Origin: Piromyces finnis finn
Lineage: Eukaryota > Fungi > Neocallimastigomycota
Direction of reading: 5' to 3'
Length of the DNA: 64,000 nucleotides
NCBI GenBank assembly: GCA_002104945.1
Contig: MCFH01000011.1
Span: 558,001-622,000 of the forward strand
In this document: positions 1 to 20,690 of the stretch, one piece after another
Numbering within the stretch: the first letter of the stretch is position 1
Layout: each line of letters starts with the position of its first letter
Program-made: the position numbers and the translations under genes
Notes under the pieces: model-generated
Databases searched by the model: none
What the model saw: the letters and a program-made list of their open reading frames with translations, nothing else
What the model was told of the DNA's origin: nothing

Positions 1-544
1 GAGAAACTTTACGAGCAGTTTCAAAAGCAATATCAATAAAGTTTGGAACTTTTTGACGAAGGAAAGAATTACGTAACATAAAACCTTGACCATTTGAACT
101 ATCATCAACAGCTTCGTTAACAACATCCCAAGCCTTGATTTTACCTTCATAATGTTGTAAAGTCTTAGTAATGTGATCAACAATAGCATTCTTTAAAGTA
201 TTAGAATCAGCATTTTCAAACCAAGATGGTTGATAAGCATGCCAGATAAGACAGTGACCACGGAATTCCATACCTAATTCCTTTGCCTTATTGTAATGAG
301 CATCACAATCATTGAAATTGTAAACACCTTTTTGTTGTTGGATACCTGAAAGTTTACAACCATTTTCTGCAACCATCATATTGAATGCCTTCATAGCATT
401 ATTGTAATTACCATTATTGAATCTATTTGTGTTGGCAGCAACACCAACCTTTAAATCTCCAGCAAAGTCCTTTAATAAATCATATGCACTTGCTGATGCA
501 ACAAAAGTTGAAATTAAAATTTTATTGATTGTACTGAATTTCAT
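1..544 (-). CDS. Glycoside hydrolase family 10 endo-1,4-beta-xylanase, secreted; N-terminal part only, runs off the window start
   Basis: Manual translation from ATG at 544: MKFSTINKILISTFVASASAYDLLKDFAGDLKVGVAAN...MVAENGCK...RGHCLIWH...AWDVVNEA. It has a signal peptide plus the GH10 motifs EN.K, RGH.L.WH and WDVVNE (acid/base Glu). No introns are visible. Not in the ORF track because the stop lies outside the window. Confidence 0.93.
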   Translation of the reverse strand, partial: MKFSTINKILISTFVASASAYDLLKDFAGDLKVGVAANTNRFNNGNYNNAMKAFNMMVAENGCKLSGIQQQKGVYNFNDCDAHYNKAKELGMEFRGHCLIWHAYQPSWFENADSNTLKNAIVDHITKTLQHYEGKIKAWDVVNEAVDDSSNGQGFMLRNSFLRQKVPNFIDIAFETARKVS

Positions 545-1920
545 TTTTATATTTTATTTATTTATATAAATATAAATATTTTATATGTTATTTATTAAAT
601 ATATATTGATTTTCTTTCTTAACTCTTTTTGCTTTATTTAATCTTAAAAATAAAAAAATTAATATATTTTTAAACTATTATATAATATTATAAATATTTA
701 TTAATATTATATAAATAATTATTAAAACAAGAAAAAAAAGCTAAAACTATCAAAAATTATGAAAAAATTTTTATCTTATATATAAAAATATTTTTTTATC
801 TTTGGAAATTCTTTTATTTTTAATATAAAAATAAACTTTTTAATTTAAAATAAATTTATATTAATATATTAAAGTTGTAGATTTGCGGTATATAAAACAT
901 CGTGTAAAATGTTGCACGCTTATATATTTTTAAAACAAATTAAATATATATTATTAGCCAATTAAACAAAAAAGAAAATTAATTCTATTAATGAACAATA
1001 TTAAATGATCTACAAATGTTGATTATCAATTAAAACTAATTATAAATATATTAATAGAATTATCAATATATTATTTTTTAAAAAAATTCTTAATATAAAT
1101 GATGCTCCTTTATAAATTAAAATTATAAAAATTAAAACAAATATAATATAAATATGTTTACTTCTTTTAAATAATTTTTTTTTGTTAACAACACTTAAAG
1201 TGAAGGAAAGAAATTACACTATTATTTTAAATAAAATTTATTTTATTTATTATTACTTAAAAAATGGAATTTGTTTAAATATATATTTTATATTGTTATA
1301 TTATAATATATAATTACACAACATTATTAAAATAATACTACATTTATTCTTAATTCAAATTTTAATTTATACATATTATAATTATAATAATTAAAATTAT
1401 TGTAATTTAAATTAAAATTATTTATCTTCAATTACTACATAAATTTGTGTAACATTTTATGATACAATGAAAATCAAATGTATATATGTTTTGAAATATA
1501 TAAAAAATAAAACCTTTAAAACTTTATATCTACAGAAGTAACAAAGTACAATAATAGTTTTGTGCTCGATGCAAATAAACCTAGTTCAAGCTACGTTTCA
1601 TATACATTTCCTTAATTAAAATTGAAGAATTAGCCATAATTTAAAGAAATCTATACAATATAAAAATATTTACTACTTTTATTATCAATTTAATTATAGA
1701 ATATTAATTAACATTTTCCCATATAGTTAAAATAATTTTAGTTACATTAGCTTATTCAAATAGTATTTAATAATTCTGTCTATTAAAAATTTCAATGATA
1801 GGATAAAAATTATTAAAGTTTTATCTATTTTATTAAAATTAAAATATTTTACATTTATTAATGTTTAATATAAAATAAGGTTTTAAAGAAATTTAATATG
1901 AAATAAACTTTATCATTTAT

Positions 1921-1971
1921 TTATTATTTATTTATTTATCTATTTATTTATTTATTTATTTATTTATCTAT

Positions 1972-2014
<43 letters not shown>

Positions 2015-2020
2015 TTATTT
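1921..2020. repeat. (TTTA)n tetranucleotide microsatellite with occasional TCTA units
   Basis: Directly visible tandem TTTA units. Confidence 0.9.
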
Positions 2021-2504
2021 AGTTACTTAGCTTACAAAATTCAACGTTTTCTTTTAAGTGGATTGTTTTTTAATTCTAATAAATGATTTTATCCCATCCC
2101 AGAATCAAGTAAAGATAAAGAAAGTATTAAAAGTATTTTTAGCCCAAAATGAATATTACTTTTAAAAATGTTAACTTGATAATAAAAATTATTTAGGTAA
2201 TAGAGTTGTTTTCTATAAATAAAAATAAAATATTTTTTAATGTTCACTTTTTCATCAACTCAAATAACTGAATTGAAAATTGACTTTGTGGATAAAAAAA
2301 ATTAAGATTAAATCTTTAATATAAAAGAAAAAAAAAACTTAAATCAAAAAATTAATTAATTTTATTAATTAATTATTATTAATTTAAATTGTTTGAAATT
2401 TTAATAATTAAGTTAGGCTAAATATAACATTAAATCTTTTTATCTTAACAATAATTTATAATAAGAGAATAATTAGTTTTATTATTATTTAGTAGTGGTA
2501 TTGC

Positions 2505-2894
<390 letters not shown>

Positions 2895-4716
2895 TTTTTT
2901 AATGATAATTTTCAACCAATTGTTTTTCATTAATTATTCAAAAAAAATAATTATTGAAAATTATCACATGTAAAATGATAATCAGGTGTTATTAATAAAA
3001 GTTTCTTTTAATCTAATCTATTGTTTAGTAATATTCTATATATATATGTATATTATTCATTTATCATATGTTTAAACATAGATCATGTGATATGTGTTAT
3101 TTTTATACAAATATTTTATATCTAAAAATAAAAGATTACTATTTATAATTAAATAAATAGAATTAATAATTAATTATATTTACTATTAACATCAAGCTAT
3201 TATTAGAAATAAAAGATAATCTTACTGATATACATCATCTATAATCTTATTAAATTTTCATCATATATAATTCATAGTTAGTAAAACATCTTTTTTAACT
3301 ATGAATAATTAAATATAAATGTTTTAATTAAATTAAAATTTTATCATTTATAGTTCTATATATATATAAATTTAATATATTAATTTAAATGTAAACATTT
3401 GTATTTTTTAAAAAAAAAAAAAAATACTGATGAGTTTAAAAATAATAAAAAAGTAGAAAAGCTTTCTTTTTATACATCTATAGATATTTAAAAAAGATAT
3501 AGATACGCTGCATGATATTAACTGAAATGAAAAAAGGCATCATTTTATGTTTTATTTTATATATATTTATTAATATAAATTAAAATAGTAATAGTGGTAA
3601 ATAATATTTTAAATTTAAATTCATTAATCTTTATTATAAATGTATTATACTTTTTCATTTATAAATGAAAAGAATTTAATAAGCCAATATAGGATAAGTA
3701 AAAAAAAAAAAAATAATAAGAAAGTTTTTTACACGTAATTCAAAGACTATAAAAAAATGAAATAAAAAAAGACAACAAAGATGAAATAAAAAAACAAAAA
3801 AAAAGGCCACTTTAATTATTTTGATCTTTACCTTTACACATCATTTCTTTAATTATTAACTTTATTTTATATTAATTAAATTAATTAAATATAAAAATAA
3901 TAAATTTTAATTATATATAAAAAATCCAATTCTTTTTATATCTTTATTCCTTTTTTTCTTTTACCTTTTTTTTTTTTTTCTTTCTTTTTCTCACTGAAGA
4001 AAAAAAAAAAGTAGATTTCTTTATTTCTGTAACTTCTAGAAGTAGATATAAATACATAATACTTCACGCTTATTAAATAAAGAAAAATAAAATAATAAAA
4101 AGTATGAAAAAGTTTCTTTATAATGATTAACAATAGTATAATAAAAATGAAATATATAATAATAAAAAATAGTATTCAAAATAAAAAATAAAAAATAAAA
4201 AAGAAAGAAAAAATAGAAAAAGTTATTAATAATCAATTATAAAAGCAAAAATAAAAAAATTAAAGAAATTGAAAATTTTAAAAATATAAAAAAAAGATTA
4301 TAATACATTTTAGTAATTATATAATACTCAACTTGATGGTCTTTATTCAAATTATTAATAAGATATGTTTTTTATTAACTATATATTCTAACGCTAATAT
4401 TATTTTTTATACTATAATTTTTCTTATGCTTTGAAAAAAAATATTCAATAAACTTGGGTTCTCAACTTTAAAATTTTAGTAAATTAATAAAATACAAAAG
4501 TAATAATAAAACTTATTTATACACAAAAAATAAAAAAAGGAGACATTATTTTTAAAAATAGAAAAATAATAATAATAATAAAAAGCATTTAAAATTTATT
4601 TTCAATTCAATATAATTAAATAAATTTCAAATATTAAATAATATAATTATATATAAAATATAAAATATAAAATAGAATTAAAATATTGATATAAAAAAAA
4701 AAAGAAAATAACTAAA

Positions 4717-5427
4717 ATGAAGATTGAAGAAATAAAAGAATATGTTGATAACATTGCAAATTTTGTTAATTTAAAGAGTGTTCTTCCTGATATAGATGGG
4801 TTATTAACAAGTATTATACATAAAGAAATTGAATTTTTGGTCTTTTTAACTATAGTTTACCTTATTACACTTGTTATTAAACAAAGATCAAAATCAATGT
4901 ACAAGTATCTTGTTTCTTTAACTATAGCAGTTATTGCATTATATACCTTTTATATATCTACAATTTTTGATGAAAGTATTAAACAAGGAAAACCAACTGA
5001 AGATGTTATTAAAGGTTTACCACCAATATGTATTTGTATCATTATTAGACTATTCCATATTATTCCACCACTTAAACTTGGTTATTACACCTTACCATTA
5101 TTTATGATTGCCTATTCAATATATTACCACAACTTATTAAGTGGTACACATGTCAAACCAACTAAATCAAAATCAGGCTCCCGTAAACATTCTCATTCAC
5201 ACAACAGCAGTAAAATTAAAGAAAAATCTTTAAAGAATTTCATACGTATTAGTTTATCGTTATTTACCGACTTTATTCATTCATTTATTTTATTCTATGC
5301 TTATACAGTTCTAGTTCTTTTAATATTTATTAATAATAATTATGAATTTACTATCAATTCATTAAACGATAAATCTAGTGCTTATGGAAGAGTTATTAAA
5401 TTCCTTGATTTACCTTTCTTTAAATAA
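4717..5427 (+). CDS. Hypothetical single-exon multi-pass membrane protein (236 aa), no recognised family
   Basis: 711-nt ORF in sequence where chance ORFs are short; about 5 hydrophobic stretches and a basic S/K/H-rich loop (KPTKSKSGSRKHSHSHNSSK). Confidence 0.7.
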   Translation: MKIEEIKEYVDNIANFVNLKSVLPDIDGLLTSIIHKEIEFLVFLTIVYLITLVIKQRSKSMYKYLVSLTIAVIALYTFYISTIFDESIKQGKPTEDVIKGLPPICICIIIRLFHIIPPLKLGYYTLPLFMIAYSIYYHNLLSGTHVKPTKSKSGSRKHSHSHNSSKIKEKSLKNFIRISLSLFTDFIHSFILFYAYTVLVLLIFINNNYEFTINSLNDKSSAYGRVIKFLDLPFFK

Positions 5428-5901
5428 ACTATTTATTAAAATATAAAATGTAATAACTAATAATAAAAAGTATATAGAAATAACGACATTCAACAAAATA
5501 TAAAAAATAATAATAAAAATGAAATATAAATTTTAAAAAAAGAAATAAGAAATGCAAAAGAAAAAGAAAAATTTTAAAAAATATGTAATCATATTTATAC
5601 AAAAATTTAAAAAGAAGAAGAAAAAAAAAAAAAGAAATAATAATTAATACATCTATCATGTATTAAAATTAAAATAATAAAAAATATAATAAATAAAAAA
5701 AATTAAAAAATTAAAATATAAAAAGAATAAAAATAATATAATTTGAAAAAAAAAAGTTTTTAAAATGTATATATATTTTAGTTGATATTCAAGTTTTTTA
5801 AAAATAATATTGAATTTTATTTTAAAAAAAATAAATGATCAGATTATTATTATTATTAGTTAACATAAAAATTTTAAGAAAAACAAAAAAAAAAATATTT
5901 T

Positions 5902-12334
<6,433 letters not shown>

Positions 12335-12561
12335 TATTTATTATTTATTATTAAAGAAAAAAATATTATTTATATATATATATAAAATTAAATATAAATA
12401 TAAAATAATGAAATTCTGATATTTATCCCTTAACCTAATATCTTATCAAATATGAGCTTTTAACACCGATAAATGATACAATATTGGAATCTTTTTGAAT
12501 ATTATAATGAATATAATAAGGAAAGGTTAAGATCAATATAATTAATGAAAAAAAAAAAAAT

Positions 12562-12593
<32 letters not shown>

Positions 12594-13468
12594 TATTATT
12601 ATTATTATTATAATTAATTAATTAAAATGAATGTTAAACTATGAAGAATATTAAAACGTAATAAGGAATAATGGAATAATATCTTTCTGCTATTTTTTAT
12701 TTTTAAATATAAAAGCCATACTAATATTTGAATTAAATATAGAGAGATTTCAAAATAATATATTAAACATAATAATAATGAAAAAATAAAATATATTAAC
12801 TTTAATATTTTTTTATATATTTTAAAATAATATATATAGAAAAATTGAAATTTGTACAAGTATTAATTTTAAGATATACTGATTGAATGAGTATTTAAAT
12901 TTAAGACACTCAAATTAAGCAGAAAAACAATAATTATATTAATTTATTTTAATCTTGTCTTGTTTTATACAACTAAAGTTTATTAGTATAAATTAACTTT
13001 AAAATGATAAATGAAATAAATTATTAAATTCACTTTAATTCAAATAATATATTTTTACAAAGCTTTTTTAATTATTCATTGTTTGCTTTTTTTTTTTGTT
13101 TTTGTTTTTGTTTTATTATTATTATTCCTTCTATAAAAATTATTATTAATATAAATAAAACATCTCAATTGATTTTACTTTATATAAAATAAAATGGTTT
13201 TTGCTTTTTTTAATATATAATTCCACTTTCTATTTAATTTAATTAAATTAATAATAGAATTTATTATAAAAAAGATTAAAAACTTTTTAAAAAATATATT
13301 TTATTTATAGGTTTAATTTAAACCAATCATATTATTATTATTGAAATTTGTTATTTTTTTTTTTTTTTTTATAATTTTCAAAAAAAACATTAATTTTGAT
13401 TTTAATAAAATAAGTAAATTTCATTTTTAAGAAATTAACATTTGAAATTTCAAAATTATATATTCAAT

Positions 13469-14247
13469 ATGAATTCAAATATTCGTTCACATAGTCTTGT
13501 ATTCTGCCCAGTTTGCAGTAACTTATTAGATTCTCCAGGAGATATGGACACTATTATTTGCAGTGTTTGTGGACATGCTGAAAGTAGTTCAGGTATGTTA
13601 TATTGGAAATTTCTACTTTTGCAAATATATATAATATCATTTATCTATTTTTATTTTTGTCTCTATTGATTTATTACTATCTATCCATATATTAATATAT
13701 ATTTTTTTTAAATGTTTTTTTTTTTTTTTAATTTTTTTAAAATTATAAAAATATTTAAAATCGTAAAATTATAATTTTAAACAAAATCAGTTTTCGAAGA
13801 TGTTCCAGTTATTACACACTCTTTACCAGGTGTTTTCCATTCCAGAAAGAAGGAAAAGGTTGATGAAACCAAAGAAGGAGCAACTGTAAATATCAAAATC
13901 ATAATTCATTTTTCAATAATTTAATAAAAGAATAATAAAGTATAATTCAAATTTCTTTTTTATCTCATAATAACAATTTTTCTTATTAAATTAATAATTA
14001 ATAATAAAAAAGATTAAAGAAAAATGTCCAAATCCAGAATGTGATTCAGATGAATTGGTATTCCACACTATGCAACTTCGTTCTGCTGATGAAGGTCAAA
14101 CTGTTTTCTACACTTGTCCAAAGTGTGGGTAAGTATCGTGATTGTATATAACTATGATTAAATAAACCAAAATGTATTAATAATATTTTTTATATATGCA
14201 TATATAATATCAAAAATAATAGTTACAAGTTCTCTGTTAACAGTTAA
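13469..14247 (+). CDS. RPA12: RNA polymerase I subunit A12 (RPA12/POLR1H), 4 exons: 13469-13592, 13791-13885, 14013-14128, 14223-14247; 119 aa
   Basis: N-terminal Zn ribbon FCPVCSNLL...ICSVCG and TFIIS-like C-terminal ribbon CPNPEC...[28 protein letters not shown]; exon phases sum to 360 nt. Confidence 0.95.
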
Positions 14248-15123
14248 TTTTCATATGAAATCAGAAAATATTTACAATATATACTTATCATAAAAGATAT
14301 CATTAAAAAAATACCTTTCATAAACAAAGATTAATTTATTATTTAAAACTCATATATAAAATGAGAAAATCATAAACATTAAAAAGTAATCTCTATAATA
14401 TTCAAATATAATTTCAATAATTATAATCAAATTTACTATTCAGTGTATAAAATTAATTAATAATAATAATTATAAATTGTTTTATAGATTTATATAAATT
14501 CAATAAAGAACATATTTAATAAAATATAAATTATATTATTAAAATATTAGCAAATTATAATTTTGAAAAAAAAAGTTAGAATTTTTATCTTCATATATTT
14601 TAATTCTTTGTAATCCTAAACCATAATAATATAATATATATATATATATTTTTTTTTTGTTGTTGTTATTTTTACGCATATTCTCATTTGTTTTGTTTTT
14701 GAAGAAAAATTATTTTATTATTTTTTTTAATGTTTAACTCGATAAATTATATATTTTATATATATATTTAGTTGAATTGTAAAAATACAAATTAAAGTAT
14801 AAAGAAATGATAAAAAAAAAAAAAAGTAAATAATAAAAGAAAATAAAACTCAAACTAAAAAGATAATTGTTATGGTATCATATAATATTGAGAATAGTAA
14901 GGTATTAACATAAAGATTTGATGTTATTCTTATTTAAAAGTATAGCATTTTCATATATATGTATCTATTGGGATTTAAAGGTTGAAAATAAAATGAAAAT
15001 GAAAATATTCATGTTCCTATCTTGGAATATTGATATAATTAACTGAAACAATTATATATTGTTAAATTGGAATTGTAGATATTTATGTGCATTCGAATTT
15101 ATAATATTTATGATATTTATAAT

Positions 15124-16355
15124 TTAACCAAGTCCACCCCATGGACCACGTATTCTTCTTGCAAGTTGGATATCTTTTTGCATCAATGTCACACGCTTAG
15201 CATGAATAGCACATAAATTACTATAAAAATAGTTAAGAATAATATAAAATGAAATAATAAAATAATGAAAAATAATAAATATTTCTGAATATCTTATTTT
15301 ATTATACATAAAAAAAAGTAATGCTCTTAACACTCACGAATCTTCTAATAAATGTGTAAGATAACATTCTGCCGCTTCTTGTAAAGCTAAAATTGCAGAA
15401 GAGTTCCATCGGACTTCTTCCATATGATATGGTCCACGTCTTAAGACATCTGTTGCTATTTCACGTACCTTATACAATTAAATTTAATTATATAAAAATT
15501 TAAATATACCACAAATTTATAATTTTAAACTAATATTACATTAAATATAAATACATACTAAACGTGCAAAAGGTAATTTCCTAATTAAAAGTTCTGTCGA
15601 TCTTTGGTATCTTCTAATTTCTTTTAATGCTAGAGAGCCAGGTCTATAACGCCTTCTCTTTGTAATTGCTTTCAAGTTTATTAAATTTTAAATATTTTCC
15701 GATATAATAAAAATAAATATGTATATATTTAAATTAGTAATTGAAATTTATTATATTGATTATTTTAATTTTGAAATCTAAAAATTTTAATATAAAGATT
15801 TCTTTTTTTTTTTTCCTGTAAATTGGTAATTTAAAAATATATAATAATATTTAATCATTTTCTTTACTTATGTATCCAAATAATCTTATAAAATCTAAAT
15901 CAAACTTTTATGAACATGAATAAAAAAAAAAAAAAAAAAATTAAATAAAAAAAAAAGTAATTCTAGGCGTTAGAGACTTTATAAATAATACTGATAAAGT
16001 TATTTGGTAATAAAAGATATGATATAAATTATTATATTCTAAGGACAATTTATATAAAAATTTCTTTCAATAATTTATGGCTGAAATTAAAATTTCTACA
16101 CTAATTATATTTAAGAAGGTTTTCTTCTATTTTAATAATAAAAATAAATTTACTTTTTTCCGCAACAGAAGATGTTTTTGTTGGTATGGTTTTACTATGT
16201 GTTCTTCTTGCTGAAGTTGCATTTCGGGTATTATGATTACTATAATTACTACTACTATGAATCTCATCATTAGAATCACTTCCATTATTATCATTGTCAT
16301 TATTAATACTTGGTATAGTACGCTGTACTAAACGTCTCCTCTGTCTAGCTGACAT
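15124..16355 (-). CDS. CENPA: Centromeric histone H3 variant (CenH3/CENP-A/Cse4), 4 exons
   Basis: Divergent N-tail, then [108 protein letters not shown]. CenH3 diagnostics are present: Q68 to A, F84 to W, T107 to S and a longer loop 1. Confidence 0.92.
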
Positions 16356-18307
16356 TTTTATAATATTTATATTTTTATAAAACTTTTTATTTTCAAAGCT
16401 TCTAATAATTATTTTTATATTTCTTTAAAAAGAAAAAAAAAAGAGAGGAAATAAGATAAAAGAAAAAGAAAAGGAAATTAGAGATAAAAACGAATGGAAA
16501 TATATTTTAATATATTTATTACTTATAAATTAAATAATCACCATTCTTCTTTTAATTTTATACATATATTCTACTAATTTATTTTTATTATTACGATTGT
16601 TATTTTTATTATTATAACCAGATTTTATAAAATTTTTAAAAATTTTCTAAAAAATGAGAATAACATCGAAAAATTAAAAAAGAATAATTAAGGTTCAAAA
16701 TATCTTTTTTTCTATTTGAAATGTGAATATAGAAATATTTACTTATTCCACTTAACAAAAATTAATTATTTTTATTCATAAATTTATGTAATTTTTACAT
16801 ATTTTATTATTTATAGATAAAAGCCATGTTACCTTTTGAAATATAAAACATAATTACAATTATTATTTCAAAAATAATTGTTATTTTAAAAAATGGATAT
16901 TAAGAAAAAAAAAGAAAGAAAATTATATAATTTAATATAACGAAACTATGTTATAATAAAATCCTCTATACTTTAAATATAAGTGCTTTAAAATATGCTT
17001 AATAAGAATATAAATATCATCCACCTTTTTCAAAATGAAAAATGTATTATTGATACATTAAATAGATGTTGAAATGTATTATTTATTATTAGATTGATAT
17101 TTTATTGGTTGAAAGAGTATTATACTTATGAACTAATAAAATTAATAAATTTTTAATACTTATTACTAATATATCAAAAGATTATACTATTCAATTTAAA
17201 TTATATTAAAATAGAAAAGTTTATTTTAACATTTATTTTGATAGTACAATTACTATTATTAACATATATAATGTTTATATTTATTATAAACAGTAGTAAT
17301 ATAATAAATTAGTATGAGATGGTGATTGATGAATAAATCATTAATCTAAAAATTCAATTTATTATAATTCTTATTGATATTTTAAAATAATAATACATTA
17401 TTAAAGAAAAGGAAAAATTTTTTAATATTATTCTTTAATAATAAGCATAATTATTATTATTCTAATTAAATATAAGGTAATACCATAAAATTTTTTGAAT
17501 TTTTTTTTTTTTTTTTACTTTCTGTTCTTTGCAAAATAATAGTAGTTTGAAAATAGTATTTTTTATTGATCTGACATCCATTTCAATAGCAGTGAAATGT
17601 AAATGCTTTATAAAAATAAAATAAATATATTATAAAAATCTCCATATAAAATAATATAAAATATCAATAAGAAATAAGAAAAAAGAAATAACAAATTATA
17701 AATAAATAAATAAATAAATAAATACAAAATTATAATATTTTTTATTGTATATATAAAATCCTTAATAAATGTAAAATTTCTAACTTTTTATCTTTAAATG
17801 TTTTTATTGTAGTGGTAAAACCAAGATCAAGCCATAGAGATACTTTTTCTTAGTTCCAATATCTAATAATAATAAAGCAGTTATAAAAGTAAATTTCAAA
17901 TTTAATTTTGAATAATGTTAATATAATAATAAATTATTGTTTTTACACTTAAAATTATATTATTTCTATTGACTTCATTATCGTTATAATAATATATTTT
18001 ATGACTTTAAATATTGTTTGAATATATAATAAGGAACGAGCGTTCATTCGATATCGTATTAAATATAACAAAATAACAGCTACTTTTTTTTTTTTCTTAA
18101 TATATCAATTAATTGTTAATAAGGTATGAAATATATTAAAATAAATAAATAAGTAGCTATTATCAAATAAAGCTATAGAATTTATCATAAATTTTTATAA
18201 AGTATTGAAATGTTTTTTTTAACTTTTTTTACTTATAAAATTTTATAAATATATAATTTTATTATAATTATTATTTCAATAATTTAATATGTATAAAAGT
18301 AATAACC

Positions 18308-20363
18308 ATGGATGAGTACAACGAAAAGAAAAATGAAGATCAACAAAATGTTGAAAATAATGAACAAAAAATAGATAATAATGTTAATGATCCATCTGTC
18401 CAATCTTCAAATGATGAAGAAGAAAATAAAATTAATAAAGTTGAAGATAATGTAAATGTTGAAAATACTGAAAATGGAAATGATAACATTGAAAATTCAA
18501 CTGATGCTAAAACTGAAGAACAAAAAAATGAAGAAGGGTAAGTAAATAGAAAAAGTTTTAAACTTTTTTTATTTATTTTTTATTTCTCAAATTTGAATAA
18601 AAAAAGAAAAATTTCATCTTTTTAGTTCTTAATATTAAAAATAGTTCTAAACGATAGAAATTTATCTAAATAATAATAATAGAATAATTTAACTAATTTA
18701 GTTTTTAATATTAATATTTTTATAACTATAATAAAAATTGCTATAATATAATATAAATATAATTTAAATATAAATGCATAAAATATAAATACATAAAAAT
18801 AAATATTACGATAGAAAAATATTTGTAGGAGGTCTTAATATTGAAACAACAGATGGTAAGATATAGTTTAAGAAAGAAAAGTTAAAGAATAAAAGCGTAA
18901 AGAAAATAGAAAAAATAAAAAAAAAAGAGTATATAGGCCTAATTGACTTAGTAGCAAATAAGCAAATAAGCAAATACCTAGTTTTAAAAATTTAGTCCAT
19001 AAATATTATTATTACTTAATAAATAATAAGAAAGATGAAATTTTTAAAATTAGTAAACCAAGTTTTTTTGTTTTAAATAAGTAACGGAAAAATATAATAA
19101 TATTAATAATTAAAAAACTTACGTTTTATTTTCCTTTTTTTTTCAATACTATTTTTTTATTTTATAATGCTATAATGTAATAGAAAATCTTCGCACTTAC
19201 TTCTCTGAATATGGTGAAATTTCTGATTGTGTTGTTATGCGTACTGATAATGGTATGTCTCGTTGTTTTGGTTTCTTAACTTTCAAGGACCCATCTGTTA
19301 TTGACAATATTTTAAAACAAAAGCATAAACTTGATGGAAAGGAAGTTAGTATAATATTTTTATGTATTTTTAAGAGATATTAATAGTAAGTATAATAATG
19401 AATATTAAATTAAAATTTAAAAATATAAATTAATAGATTGATCCAAAGCGTGCTATTCCACGTGAAGAACAAGAAAAGACTGAAAAGATTTTTGTTGGTG
19501 GTGTTAAGCCAGAAGTTACTGAAGAAGAATTCAAAGAATATTTCTCTCAATTCGGTACTGTTGTTGAATCTTCTTTAATGTTTAATAAGGATACTGGTCG
19601 TCCACGTGGTTTTGGTTTCATTACCTTTGATAATGATCAAAGTGTTGAAGCTGTTTTAGCTAAACAAGGTGAAATTATCATTAAGGAAAAACCAGTAAGT
19701 ATTTTAAAAAATAATATTGAAAAAAAAATGTAACAAAATAATATATCTAGATTGTGATAAATAGAAATTTAATTTAATTGAAACTATTGTAAACTAATAA
19801 TTAATGATTTATTTATATAATAGGTTGAAGTTAAAAGAGCTTTACCAAAAAGTAAAACTGCTAAAATGAATCATATGTCTCGTAGAAATAATTATATGAT
19901 GGATCAACGTAGAAGTTATGCCGGTCCAGTTCGTAATTCAAGATCAATGAATGATCCAAGATACATGAGAGGTGGATATAATGGAATGATGGGATATGGA
20001 CGTGATTATGGAAATAGAGGAAGTCGTGGAGGATACTATGGATACGGAAATGGTGGAAATTATGGATATGGTGGATATGATAATATGAATATGTACTATA
20101 GAAGCCATGGAAATGGTTCAAGTCAACAAAATTATTCATTTGGTTATAATAATGCTAGATATCAATATAATAACGGTGGTGGTCAAGGCTATGGCTATGG
20201 TCGTACAGGAGATTCCACCAATAATTATGGATACAATTCTGGTTATGGTAATTCCAGAGTTAATAATATGAATAATGGATTCTCTGGAAATGCATCAAAC
20301 GCAGTTCAAGGTCAACAATCACAATCTCGTAGTTCACATGGATATCACCCATATGCTCACTAA
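18308..20363 (+). CDS. HRP1: Hrp1/hnRNP A-D/Musashi-like tandem-RRM protein with G/Y/N-rich prion-like tail and C-terminal PY-NLS, 5 exons
   Basis: RRM1 KIFVGGL...SRCFGFLTF; IDPKRAIPREEQEKTEKIFVGGV; RRM2 GRPRGFGFITF; VEVKRA; ends in ...GYHPYAH like fungal Hrp1. Confidence 0.85.
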
Positions 20364-20658
20364 ATAACAAAAATAATCTTGTAATAAATTCTTATTTTTG
20401 CATTAAAATTATACACAAAAAACCATAAAAAAAGTTAAAAAAAAAATAATAATAATCATTGCATTTACTATAAAATATTTTTCATAATTAAATAAAGCTA
20501 AGTTATAATTTAATAGATATAAAAAAAAATTAATATAAAGTATAACCTTTATATAACAATATTTAAATATTTTTATTTTATTTTTTTAAACTTTTTTTAT
20601 TTTTTATCCTTTTATGCAATAAAATTTTTAACTTCATTTATTTCCACTTTAAAAAAAG

Positions 20659-20690
<32 letters not shown>

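Noticed and set aside
3427-3470. CTGATGAG hammerhead-like core
   Set aside because: No C before the following GAAA, no stem II, and no stems I/III.
17809-17875. TAGTGGTAAAA tRNA D-loop-like string
   Set aside because: No T-loop GTTCRA and no cloverleaf pairing.
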